Below, piece by piece: positions 38,023 through 51,014 of a stretch of DNA of 64,000 nucleotides. Under the pieces are notes generated by a model, which was given only the letters and a program-made list of their open reading frames with translations, ran no database searches and was not told the DNA's origin. Source of the DNA: Macrostomum lignano (Eukaryota); contig NIVC01001666.1 of NCBI GenBank assembly GCA_002269645.1, forward strand, positions 189,829 to 253,828, read 5' to 3'. Position 1 is the first letter of the stretch, and each line of letters starts with the position of its first letter. Position numbers and translations under genes: made by a program.

Positions 38023-38687
38023 CGCCAGCTGCTTCCCCCCTCTACTGTACATTTGGCAACTTCCCGTTCTGTCACAGTGCTGTCAGCAGCGCATCAATAT
38101 TTTCTATACTCGTTTTGCATTGGCCTGCTAAGCCGTTTCCTTAAATATCCCTTAGCATTCTTAACCAAGCTTTTATTTTGCGTCTCTCGCTATACAATAA
38201 CATATTCTCATATTGCTACTGTTAAGTAGACGAAAACGAATTTGCAGCGCCCGAAAAAATCGAAGCCTGAATAGAGATTAGTAAATTTTACTATAAGCAT
38301 CTAAGGATAGTTTTTGTTTGTATTAGTAGGTAAATATTTTTCTTCTTATATCAGTTATTATTCCATTACTATTGTAAACAAAATTTAGTAAAATTTTCTG
38401 TTTCTCCTAAATTCGTACGTTAAAGTCTGCGCCACCGAAATTCGCATCGTTTTCAGATGTTAACAACTGTTTACTATTGATGAAGCTACTTCCTTTTAAA
38501 AGTGCATGTTGTGCGTTAAAAAGTTTTTTAGCCTAAAAATCCATTGCTTCTTTCTTATCTGTCTGTTAGGCTATAGATATTGCTTCATCATAATCTAAGA
38601 GTCTGGTTTCATTCTCTCTGAGATGAATTCAAGCATGGCTACTGCAAACATGCCCGTTAAAACGCTGGGTTTCTCTTAGCAACAGAA

Positions 38688-39040
38688 GCTTGTCATTTGA
38701 AGCAAAGGCTTACCCGTAGCAACGAAGGCTTTCCCGTAGCAACGGAGGCTTTACCCTAGCAACGGAAGCTTTCCCGTAGCAACGAAAGCTTTCTCGTAGC
38801 AACAGAAGCTTTCCTGTAGCAACAGAGGCTTTCCTGTGGCAACGAAAACTTTCTCGTAGCAACAGAAGCTTTCCTGTAGCAACAGAGGCTTTCCTGTGGC
38901 AACGAAAGCTTTCTCGTAGCAACAGAAGCTTTCCTGTAGCAACAGAGGCTTTCCTGTGGCAACGGAGGCTTTCCTGTAGCAACAGAGGCTTTCCTGTGAC
39001 AACGAAAGCTTTCTCGTAGCAACAGAAGCTTTCCCGTAGA
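38688..39040. repeat. ~20-bp minisatellite (gcaacagaagctttcctgta)
   Basis: Tandem copies. Confidence 0.85.
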
Positions 39041-41685
39041 AACGTAAGTATTCTATAGTAACAGATGCTCTCCTTTAGCAATAGCTCGTTTATAGCATCC
39101 TTGGCATCAGAGATTTGCAGGCCCTTATTTAGTAGTTTCTTTCGAATCGCTAGCAGTATCTCATTTTGTTTGTAAACTAAGTTCAAATCGTTTTAAATCA
39201 GTTGAAAAATCACTGATTTCGATCGGCGAAATCATTATGTACAGGGCTGAATTTTCTTCTCGACATTATTTTTGTGTTACTTGCCTTCTATTTGCGGTTG
39301 TTCTGCTTGTCTGCACTGGACGCCATGCAATGTACACACTCGCAACACGCGTTGCTGAGCCGCTATCAATACTTTGCCCATGCTGTTTTACTGATCCGAC
39401 TATGCACTTTGCTAACTATTTTTGTGTACTATTATTTTGCTTCAAGTACTGGTCTTCTTTCTAGTTGTTGTTTTTTAAAAAAACTTCGTTTTGATATCTT
39501 CCGCAATATGACTCGCTGCTACTCGGAGGAAGCAATACGTTTTTGTGTTGCTGTTAAGGCTCTAACAGCCGATTGCTGTAAAAGTACACACTGGACTCGA
39601 TAGAAAAAGCAGTTCCACTATATCACAAGCTTCCATCGGGTCAAATCAGTTTAAATCGTGCATATAAAGTTACACTTTCTCTTACTTTCGCTTTTGTAAT
39701 ACATTTAAAAAGCTAAGCCATTGACAGGTGTTACTGTAAGTAGGCTATTAAGCGCATTGCGTTGAAAATGTTCCTTTGATAACATTGCGCCATACTTTGT
39801 TGATACAGTTACCACGTGCATTAATATATGGCGTGTCCTCTGTATTCCTATACTGATTGGCAGTGCTGCGTACAGCTACTTACTGTACATATCGCCACGT
39901 GTGCCCTAATAGCATCCCAAACTCCCTAAAAGTTCGAGCCACTTCACAAATTATCTGAATAACGTTTGACCCGTGTATTAGTTCATATATTTTCCATTTT
40001 CATTTTAAAGTTTCTTTTGTAGCTTGCAAGTTTAAATATATATTATATATAAGCATTAACATCTGTTACTGTAATTAAGCATGAATGATTACAAAGCAGG
40101 ATCTGGAGGAACCAAAGTTAGTTTTAAATTTGCCTTTCAACAGAATTCTAATTTGAATTGTCAAGCTGCTCCGTAGTAAATGTCAAGGTGTTACCATGCA
40201 GTTGTGATTTATTAAACAACAGTACGTCTCGTACATGTATTACACGCATATGTAGTCTCATGGACGGCACCATACAATGTCGTACATGTACATGCAAGCA
40301 GCGTCTTTACGTCCGAAATCAAAAGCAAATTTTGAGTTGAAAATTTATAATTCTAGCTATGGGTGTCCATCGGAAATAGCTGCCATAAAAGTCGGCTTTT
40401 TGTTTTTATTTTAATTACATACGCAAAACGTCCTCCATTTATAATGCCATAATTGGGGACAAAATCGAGTCGACTAAAATTGAAAATAAGAGGTGTCAAC
40501 GCGAACTCAATTTTCAAAAGTGGAGTTTGTACATGTATAAGAATTTTTTTCATGAATGACTTGATTTGTTCAGAAAAACTGAGTTTTCAATGAAACTAAT
40601 GCTTAAGCATAGTGATGCAGATGTAAAATCATGGAAAACTAGAGTACACAACTCTATAGTTGTCCATGTGTAAAATATTTCCGACTGAACTACTGTGATT
40701 TTTTTTATATGATTTTGATTTTGATATTTGACATTTTGATATAATCCTAAATGTAGTATGCTTCTAATCATCAACAAGCTAGGAAAAGGAAGCTAACAAG
40801 CAAATATATTTTACCTAAATAGGTTATGAAGTTTTTTCTCGTTGCGGCAACGCTTGTATGAGAAAGTAAATTATGAAGTGCCACATGTATAATTTGACAT
40901 CTTTAACATTGCTTTCATTTCGATGCGCAAAAACCAGTAGTCCAGTAGTTGTAGCGTAAAACGAAATTGTAATAAATTATCCTGTCCATTCTCTTCACAG
41001 CATTAGACAAACACTTGGACTCTTATAAACCAACCCAGGACATCACACTTAAGCTGGTTACCTAGCAACACAATGTCGTGTTTAACGTTTTAAATCGAAA
41101 AATGGTGGAGACATTTTTTAAATTAATCTTTCGTTTTTCGTTTTTCAAAATTATCAAGCGGACCTCTTTGGCTCTTTTATGAGATAGGAGCTGATAGGAG
41201 CTCTTTTAATCAACCACGGAAGAATTAGGTTGATTTTATACAATGACAAATTAAAACTTGATTTTGTAATTGACTATGAAAATACTATTTATTAGTAATA
41301 GACTTTGTTTAACATATTTTTGCAGTTAGTTTAATTTAATTTTAATTTAATTTAAGTTTATTTTTTTATTTTTGACTTAACTATAAAATCAACGTTTTAA
41401 AAAATTATTCACTCGAGAGAGCTCTAAAAACTTACTATGTTATTTATGTGCCAAGAATAGAATTTAAAAATTAAAAGAAAAAATATATTATGCTACATTC
41501 TAGAATATTATTTTATCAATTATATATTTTGTTTTCTTCTCAGTATAAATTTCAACACATTTATAGTTCAACTTATATTCAACATATTTAAGTTGAGTTA
41601 TAAACATTATCTCTAGCTTTTTAATCAATAATAACATAATTCAACTGCATGCTAAACAAGTCAGCTTTGGCATCTAACAATACAT

Positions 41686-44600
41686 ATGCATTCGCATAGG
41701 CGAGGCCTGATCCTTAGAGGTCAGTCTGAGAGCCTTACTGATCGAATACGTGGCCTCCTAGGTGAATACTCAGATGGCCTTGCTGTGCCTAAGGAGCTGC
41801 TACAAAATGCTGATGATGCGGGGGCCACAGAGTTGACCTTGGTGCTGGACACACAAAATCACCTAGATTACTGCAAAAGCCTTCTGGACCCTCAACTGGC
41901 AGATTGGCAGGTGAGGAAAAAGCCCATTTGAGCTTGTGTTTAAGCAACTCAAAATCATTTTACAGCAAATAATTATTTCTATAAGCTATAAGAGGTGTGC
42001 CAGATGAATCCTTAATTGTTAAACTCGACTTTATATTTGTTATACAGAGCATTCAAAGATGTCTGGTTCATTAATATCCAGAGTTTTTTATGTATCTTGC
42101 AGTCCTGAAGTTCGTATGGTATCCTGAAGTTTGTGGGCTATCCTGGGGTTTGTGGGGTATCCTGTGGTTTGTAAGGTACCCTGGAGTTTGTGGGGTATCC
42201 TTTGGTTTATGAGGTATGCTGTGGGTTGTGAGGTATTCTGTGGGTTGTGAGGTATCTTGGCTTGTAAGGTATTCTGTGGGTTCTGGGGCATTATATGGGT
42301 TGTGAGGCATTCTGTGGGTTGTGAGGTATCCTGGCTTGTAAGGTATTCTGTGGGTTCTGGGGCATTATATGGGTTGTGAGGCATTCTGTGGGTTGTGAGG
42401 CATTCTGTGGGTTGTGAGCTATCCTGCGGTTTTTAGGATATCTTGGGTTTTGTGGGGTATCCTGGGATTTTTAAGGGTATCCTGGGATTTGTGGGGCATC
42501 CTGGGATTTGTTGGGTATCCTGGGATTTGTGGGGTATCCTGGGATTTGTGGGGTATCCTGGGATTTGTGGGGTATCCTGGGATTTGTGGGGTATCCTGGG
42601 ATTTGTGGGGTATCCTGGGATTTGTGGGGTATCCTGGGATTTGTGGGGTATCCTGGAATTTGTGGGGTATCCTGGGATTTGTGGGGTATCCTGGGAGTTG
42701 TGGGGCATCCTGGGATTTGTGAGGGTATCCTGGGATTTGTGGGGTATCCTGGGATTTGTGGGGCATCCTGAAATTTGTGAGGGTATCCTGGGATTTGTGG
42801 GGTATCCTGGGAGTTGTGGGGCATCCTGGGATTTGTGAGGGTATCCTGGGATTTGTGAGGGTATCCTGGGATTTGTGAGGGTATCCTGGGATTTGTGGGG
42901 TATCCTGGGATTTGTGGGGTATCCTGGGATTTGTGGGGTATCCTGGGATTTGTGGGGTATCCTGAAATTTGTGAGGGTATCCTGGGATTTGTGGGGTATC
43001 CTGGGAGTTGTGGGGCATCCTGGGATTTGTGGGGCATCCTGAAATTTGTGAGGGTATCCTGGGATTTGTGGGGTATCCTGGGAGTTGTGGGGCATCCTGA
43101 AATTTGTGAGGGTATCCTGGGATTTGTGGGGCATCCTGAAATTTGTGAGGGTATCCTGGGATTTGTGGGGTATCCTGGGAGTTGTGGGGCATCCTGGGAT
43201 TTGTGGGGTATCCTGGGATTTGTGAGGGTATCCTGGGATTTGTGGGGCATCCTGGGATTTGTGGGGTGTGTTTAGTGAAACTGTCTGCCAACCCCTTTTG
43301 GTCACGCAGGGCCCGAGCCTGTGGGCGCACAATGACGCTTCATTTACGCAGAGCGACTTCGATAATTTATTGCGACTTGGCGGCGCCACTAAGCGAGCGC
43401 GGCTCGACGAGGGCCAGGTTGGCAAGTTCGGCCTGGGATTCAATGCCGTTTACAACCTCACGGATGTCCCTTCGGTGCTTAGCGGACATTTCCTGCAGGT
43501 GTGATTGCTGATCTCTCGGCTTTTACCTCTGATGGTTTACCTCTCAAAATACTATCACTGTGATGAAGTGTCAGAAAATAGAGTTCAATGGGATACAATC
43601 AGTTTCAGTAAATGTACTTTTATCATTGAGGAGTGTCAGCTGTGAATAAATCAGGAGTGTCAGGTGAATCAATCAGGAGTGTCAGGGGAATGAATCAGGA
43701 GTGTCAGGAGAATCAATCAGGAGTGTCAGGAGAATCAATCAGGAGTGTCAGGAGAATCAATCAGGAGTGTCAGGAGAATCAATCAGGAGTGTCGGGAGAG
43801 AATCAATCAGGAGTGTCAGGAGAATCAATCAGGAGTGTCAGGAGAATCAATCAGGAGTGTCAGGAGAATCAATCAGGAGTGTCAGGAGAATCAATCAGGA
43901 GTGTCAGGAGAGAATCAATCAGGAGTGTCAGGAGAATCAATCAGGAGTGTCAGGAGAATCAATCAGGAGTGTCAGGAGAATCAATCAGGAGTGTCAGGAG
44001 AATCAATCAGGAGTGTCAGGAGAGAATCAATCAGGAGTGTCAGGAGAATCAATCAGGAGTGTCAGGAGAATCAATCAGGCGTGTCAGGAGAATCAATCAG
44101 GAGTGTCAGGGGAATCAATCAGGAGTGTCAGGAGAATCAATCAGGAGTGTCAGGGGAATCAATCAGGAGTGTCAGGGGAATCAATCAGGAGTGTCAGGGG
44201 AATTAATCAGGAGTGTCAGGGGAATCAATCAGGAGTGTCAGGAGAATCAAGCAGGAGTGTCAGGAGAATCAATCAGGAGTGTCAGGAGAATCAATCAGGA
44301 GTGTCAGGAGAATCAATCAGGAGTGTCGGGAGAGAATCAAGCTGATGGATGGGGCTCAGAAGCATCACCATCAAAGATCAGGCATAGCAGGTGCTATGAG
44401 TCGAGAGTCTCATTAAATGGGTGGTGTTTATTGAAAACATCCAAGTGTCTCATTAAATGCTGCAGGTGCTAGACCCGCACGGCGACCAGGTTGGCGGTGG
44501 CTACTTGGAGAACCTGTACCAGAGCATGGGCCAGCGACAGACTGGAGTAAGGCTAGACCTGTCAGCCCATGGAGAGGCGTTCACTGAGTACAAGGATCAG

Positions 44601-45622
44601 TTGGCGCCTTATCAGGCAAGTTCTTAACAATGACGAATTTATTAGAAAGATGCGAAATTTCGTTTTGTTAGAAATTCTATGAAGGCTAGCTTTACTCGTA
44701 CGCCAAAATGCACTAACGAGATGTTATGTTTGAATCAGATCGAGAGCTAATCTTTTAATAAAATCTGTTTATTGCTTCTAATTACAAGATATTCCATTGC
44801 TAGACAATGCAAGTCATTTAAAACACGAGCTAGACTTAGCTATGACTATTTTTCAAATAGCTCTTTGCAAAAATTAGTGGAGCAATGAAACTAGCAAGCT
44901 GTATTAAAAGCCCCTGTTTTGTGCCAAAATGTTTATCTATTTCTTGTATATTTTGGTGTATAACCAGCTTTAAAGGATTTCGAAGAAACAGAGTTTCCGA
45001 TCATAATCAAAATAATAATAATCGCACGAGGTATGTAGGCGTACTGGCATGGCGCTACGTTGTTAGCGACAACGTGTACAGCGAAAAGGTGTATACAAAG
45101 GTGTACAGCGACCCTTGGCTTTTTAATCGTCAGGCATGTACGCTCTCTATGCCTTGGGGGTTGGCCCTCGTAACACGACAACCCTCCTGCCCCAAATGAA
45201 AGTGTTTGCGCACGGAATCAAACCAAGGGGTCACGGCGCGAGAGTCAGACGCGCTTACCGCTGAGATGCTCTGCCCCGCCCCTCTCCCGTGCCACTAAAA
45301 AGTTGGCTTTGGTTTCTTTATGCTTAACAAGATCAACAAGAACCAAATGAACCAACATATTCTAATGCAATTCAACTCGCAGGGCATGCTGGGCTGCGAC
45401 CTGCGCCAAGACAGGCCGTACCGGGGCACCCTGATCCGCCTGCCGCTCCGTTCGCCAGCTCTGGCTAGAAAGTCGCGCATCCGTCAGCTCCACTACTCGG
45501 TTAACGACGCCTGGTCTCTGATGCGACAGACTGCTGAGCAGGCGACTAATCTCATCATGTTCGCCCAGTCGGTGCGCCGGCTGCGGCTCGCTTATCGAGG
45601 CGAGGGCCACTCAGAATGCAAG
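41686..45622 (+). CDS. SACS: Sacsin-like gene, intact 5' exons 1-4 encoding a complete Hsp90-like GHKL (SRR) ATPase module
   Basis: Exons 41686-41910, 43310-43498, 44466-44615 (GC donor) and 45383-45622, all phase 0. Translation gives GQSESLTDRIRGLLGEY..KELLQNADDAGAT..WQ|GPSLWAHNDASF..GQVGKFGLGFNAVYNLTDVP..LDPH..GTLIRLPLR, the sacsin repeat region. The ATG at 41686 is presumed; an acceptor at 41699 is an alternative. The symbol denotes the family, not proven orthology. Confidence 0.88.
42110..43265. repeat. 19-bp minisatellite (ggggtatcctgggatttgt) in sacsin intron 1
   Basis: Degenerate left part, homogeneous right part. Confidence 0.9.
43640..44340. repeat. 22-bp minisatellite (aatcaatcaggagtgtcaggag) in sacsin intron 2
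   Basis: Tandem copies. Confidence 0.9.
45005..45282 (-). mobile_element. Probable tRNA-derived SINE, antisense in sacsin intron 3
   Basis: The minus strand reads ggggcggggcagagcatctcagcggtaagcgcgtctgactc (A-box/D-arm-like), then ggtttgattcc (B-box-like), a ~180-bp body and an (ATT)n tail. Confidence 0.6.
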
Positions 45623-46158
45623 GTTTGGATTTGGAGCTATTTCTGATTATGGCGGTTAGAGTTCGTCCCAATGCAATAGGCTAGTAACTCTTGCGTTTGA
45701 GTAAGGAATAGATCTTCATCCATAAACAGAATTGTTGGCTTACTTAGTGGGAATTGTTAGCCTATCAAGTAGGTTGTTGAATGAATTGTCAGTCAATCAG
45801 AAGTTTACAAAGTGATTTGTTGGCGTATAACCGGGATTGTTGGTCCTGAAGAGTTTAAAAGTGTTGATCAGTCACTCGAAAACTCCCACTCTAGACACTG
45901 GGGAACAAGTGCCTAGGTATATGCTAAATCAAATAAATCTTACTGAAGCGGCTCCTCTGGTAACTTGCAAGCGTCTTTGTCTTGAAGGGTGTAGCTGACC
46001 TTGCTTGCTGTAGTGACGGCTGGCTTCCGTGGATCCTTGACTTTAACTGTGGGTCGACCAAAAACGAGAGCGAATCAGAGATCTTGACGGTCCTCGAGCT
46101 CGGAATTAACAATAGAACGTGCGCCCTAATGAACAATTGAATTCTCTGAGTTCTGTAA

Positions 46159-49100
46159 TCCAATATACTAAAAATCAAAACTATGTACCTATAGGAACCT
46201 TCGCTTAACTTCACTCTACATGGTCGGAATTTCGTGGGGTTTTCTGCATTCGATGCGTATTGATGGTGCGCTGGTACACAAAATTTTGCTAAGAAATTGC
46301 TTTATTTTTTCGGGCTTAAATATTCGAAAAACTCGATTTTTACCCCGTTTTTTAAAGTTCAAACAGTTCTTTCCGATTGAGAAGCAGTCTGACTGCCGAT
46401 GGAATTGTATTGCATCATAACTCAGTGCCAACTATAGCATTGGTTCTCTACACTCGCGTGGAGAGCTACAAGCGTTGAAAGGTTGCGCAACACATTTTAG
46501 ATACTGAAATTGAGGGGCGGGTGTCGCTATTCAATTAGTCCTGGGCATTGGCTTGGTTGTTAATTTTAATGGATCAACTTGCAGGCCTCTCACTGTAACT
46601 GGCGCTGAATGTACACCTTTATGAATTTGAATGCTTTAAAGCAGGAATGTTCAATTGTTATTTTTGCTTCGAGTTTTTCACTTTCAGAAGAGAGCCTTGT
46701 ATTGCTGGAAAGAGCTAGAAACGCTGAGTTCGGGAATATAATTTGTTTGCTGAGATTCGAAAAATGAAAAGCACAGCATTAAAAAGAAGATTTCTATGCA
46801 TTTTACTATATATACTCATTGTACACTCTCCCATAACGCAAACCCCTACTTTATCGCAACTCCACAATTCAAACCAGCGCCATTGGATTTCAATTTAGAT
46901 TGCGTAACCATATTGTTGACTTTAATTGTTGACTTTAATAATTGAAACTGATATTGACTGCCTGAGAAATTGATTATGTCATAACTTGCTTCGAGCGATT
47001 TCTACTCTATGCTTGGAGTTTTCAGTGTTGAAATATATAAGTGCTAAAATTCATAGTGCTAAATTCAGAGAGCTAGCCTAGAAGTGAACAGACTGAACTG
47101 CTAATGCAGCGACGTGGGTTCGAATTTTTAGAGTGTAAAAGTTTTTTCTTAAAAATTTTAATTTCAAGACAGTTGAAGGAAACTTTAAAAAACGTCAAAT
47201 AAATCAGATAAAAGAGAAGAAGCTACGAGCGTTCATGTAGTGTATTCGAAAATTCTTATTAAACTTTAACTTTTGAAAAGGATTATTGCACTAGATAAGA
47301 AATTAATTATTGTACGAGTACTAGCTGAGGAAATTTTCTTACTATCTTGCTTGGGGTACTTTATATCAGGGGATGCTTGCTATCGGAAGGACGCTTGCTC
47401 TTAGGGATGCTTGCTCAGGGGAGATTGCTGAGATGCCAAGACTTACTGGGGAATTATTCAAATATGCAGGCTTACTGGGGGAATTACTGAGATGTCAAAG
47501 GCTTAAAACGGACTTGCTGAGATGCCAAGGCTTAAGAGGAAATTGCTGAGATTTCAAGGCGTGGGGGAATCTCTGAGATGTCAAGGCTTTGGACGCCTTG
47601 ATAGCTAAGATTTCAAGACTTACCGGGGGAATAACTGAGATATAAAGGCTTACGCAGGGAATTACTGAGATGTGAAGGCTTGGGGAGGTATCGCTGAGAT
47701 AGCAAGGCTTTGGATGGGGAGAAATTGCTAAGATGTCAAAACTTACTGGAGGAATCACCGAGATATAAAGGCTTACTTGGAGGACTGCTGAGATGTCAAG
47801 GCTTGGGGAAAATTTATGAGACGTCAAGTCTTGGGGGGTTCCTGAAATTTCAAGTCTTGAGAGCGAATTGCTGAGATAACAAAGCTTAAGAGAGAATTAC
47901 TGAGGTGTCAAGCTTGGGGGAAATTGTTGAGATATCAATTCTTGGGGGGGGGATTCTATGGATTGGAGATTCTTTCCACAAGGGCTGCTTCTAATGGATA
48001 TCTTTAGATAGGTGATTCATTGGGAAATTCCTTCGATCGGGGATTCTTTCGATGGAGGGTTCTTTGAATGGGGGGTTCTTTAGATGAATGATTCATTCGA
48101 TAAAGGGATCCTTTTGGATATGGCATTGTTTGGACGGGGATTCTTTAGATGAGTCTTCGGATAGGGGTTTCTATAAATGGGAGGTTTTTTGGATGGGGTA
48201 TTCTTTGCATGTGAGATTCTTTGTATCGTGGATTCTTTGGATGGGAGATTCAGTTGGGTTAAATTTTATTGTGTAAGAAAACTGTGGTTGGAGTTTGGAC
48301 GAAAAGCCCAAACGGGGGTTGGAATTGGCTAGCTGAGGAAATTGTTTCACTAATCTTGCTGGGGGTACTTTCTATCAAGGGATGATTGCTATCAGAAGGA
48401 CGTTTTCTCTTGGGGATGCTTGCTCGGAATAAAATTCTAAGATGTCAAGATTTACAGGGGAATTATTGAGATACATGTATAAAATCTTACCTTAAGAGAG
48501 ACTTGCTGAGATGCCAAGGCTTGTGAGGGGAATTGCTGAGATTTCAAGTCTTAGGGGTAAACTGCTGAGATGTCAAGTCTAAGGGGTAAACTGCTGAGAT
48601 GTCAAGTCTAAGGGGTAAACTGCTGAGATGTCAAGTCTAAGGGGTAAACTGCTGAGATGTCAAGTCTTAGGGGTAAACTGCTGAGATGTCAAGTCTTAGG
48701 GGTAAACTGCTGAGATGTCAAGTCTTAGGGGTAAACTGCTGAGATGTCAAGTCTTAGGGGTAAACTGCTGAGATGTCAAATCTAAGGGGTAAATTGCTGA
48801 GATGTCAAGTCTAAGGGGTAAACTGCTGAGATGTCAAGTCTTAGGGGTAAACTGCTGAGATGTCAAGTCTAAGGGGTAAATTGCTGAGATGTCAAGTCTT
48901 AGGGGTAAACTGCTGAGATGTCAAGTCTTAGGGGTAAATTGCTGAGATGTCTAATCTTGTCGCCGTCGGGGAATTGCTGAGATGCCAAGGCTTAAGAGGG
49001 ACTTGCTCAGATGTCAAAGCTTGTGGGGAATCAAGGCTCAGAGGGAGTTCCTGAGATGTCAAGTCTTGGGAAGGAGAATTACTCAGATGTCAAGGCTTGG

Positions 49101-50409
49101 GGAATTTCTGAGATGTCAAGGCTTGGGGGATTGCTGAGCTGTGAAGGCTTAAGAAGGAATTGCTGAGGTGTCAAGACTTTGGGAGGGAAATCGCTGAGAT
49201 GCCAATGCTTTGGACGGGGAGAAATTGCTAAGATGTCAAGACTTACTGGAGGAATTACTGAGATATGAAGGCTTACTGGGGGAATTACTGATATGTCAAG
49301 GCTTGGGGAGGGGAATTACTGAGAAGTCAAGGCTTTGGACGGGGAGAAATTGGTAAGATGTCAAGGCTTGCGCCGGAATTGCTGAGATGTCAATGCTTGG
49401 GGGAAATTTCTGAGGTGTCGAGGCTTGGGGGAACGGCTGAGATGTTAAGCCTTGGGGAAATTCTATGGATTGATGATTCTTTGGATGAGGGATGCTTTTA
49501 ATGTATATCTTTGATTCATTGAGGAATTCCTTCGATGGGGCATTGTTTCGATGGAGGATTTTTTGAATCGGGGGATTCTTTAGATAAAGGATTCTTTTGA
49601 TGGGGGATATTTGGACGGGGGTTTTTTAGATGAGGGGATTCTTTGGCCAAGAATTCTATTGATAGGGGAATTATTTGGATGGGAGATTCTTTGGATTCTT
49701 TGGATGGGGATTTTGTGGATGGGGATTATGATATGAATTATTTGGGTGGATTCTTTGGATATGGATGGATGGAGGATTCTTTGGATGGGAATTCTGTGGA
49801 TGAGGATTTATTGAGTAGGGGATTCATTGGATGGGGAATTCTTCAGATGGGAGGATTCCTTGAAAGGGGAATTCTTCGGATCGGTGATTCAATCGATGGG
49901 GGTTCTTTGGATAAAGGATTCTTTGCATGTGAGATTTTTTGCATCGGAGATTTTGTGGATAGGGAAAACTGTGATTGGAGTTTGGACGGAAAGCCCCAAC
50001 GGACTTATTTCTGTAATAAGGGATTCATTGGACGGGGAATTCTTCAGATGGGAGGATTCATTCTTCGGATCGGGGATTCTATCAATGGGATGGGATGGGA
50101 TGGGACGGGAAGGATTGGTATTCTTTGCATGTCAGATTCTATGGATGGGCGACTCATTAAATAGGGAATTCTACAGATAGAGGATTCCTTGAATGGGGAA
50201 TTCTTCGGATCGGGGATTCTGTCGATGGGGGGTTCTTTGTATGGGATTCTTTGGATGAGGGTTTTTTGCATGTGAGATTATTTGCATCAGGGACTTTATG
50301 GATTAGAGATTCTTTGGATGGGGGGTTGTGTTGGGTGAATTTCTTTTGCGTGGGAAAACTTTGGTAGGAGTTCTGACGGAAAGCCCCAACGGGGGTTGGA
50401 ATTGGCTAG
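46159..50409 (+). mobile_element. Non-autonomous Helitron-like element 1 with a tandemly duplicated 3' segment
   Basis: 5' end A|TC-CAATATACTAAAAAT at 46159. A small C/G hairpin plus GGAATTGG-CTAG ends at 48332 and again at 50409. Segment 48333-50409 repeats the order of 47325-48332. Internal 29-bp (ggggtaaactgctgagatgtcaagtctta) and ggattctttggatggg arrays. No Rep/helicase ORF. Confidence 0.7.
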
Positions 50410-51014
50410 TCCTATATACTAAAAATGAGTTGTCTGTATGTGGGTAGGTATGCGATAGATTTCAGAAAAAATGGCTCAACCGATTTTCTTCAAACCTGCA
50501 CCATTTGATCAGAAATTTTCCTGGGACGGTACATGCATCTTGGCTAAGAAATTGCTCAATGTTAAAGGGATTAAATATTCGAAAAACCTGCTTTTTTGCA
50601 AAGGTCAAGCAGCTCTTTCGACCTAAAATTCATTGTAAGAATGCTAGAGAAAAAACTGACTGGCTGAATTCCGATTGTGATAAAGATTGCATCACAACAA
50701 GTTGAAAACAGTGCCGAAGAAATGCACACACGACTTGATTTAAATTGCGTAACCAATATTACTAACTCAAATTGAGACTGATACTGGCTGACTGAGAAAT
50801 TGATTATGTCATAACTTTTTACTTCAATTGACTTGCTGTAAGAATTGAATTATAAGGGCCACAATTCACGTTCTCCAATTGGAAAGATATAGCCAAGATG
50901 CGAACAGACTGGAATGCTAATGTAGCGACCTGGGTTCGAATCTTAGTAGTGCAAAAAGATTTTTTTTATCAAAACACCTTAAAAACACAACAAAACTGCT
51001 AAACATAATAGAAG

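Noticed and set aside
39040-39186. hAT-like transposase fragment on the minus strand (LLAIRKKLLNKGLQISDAKDAINELL)
   Set aside because: Resemblance is too short and generic, with no TIRs found.
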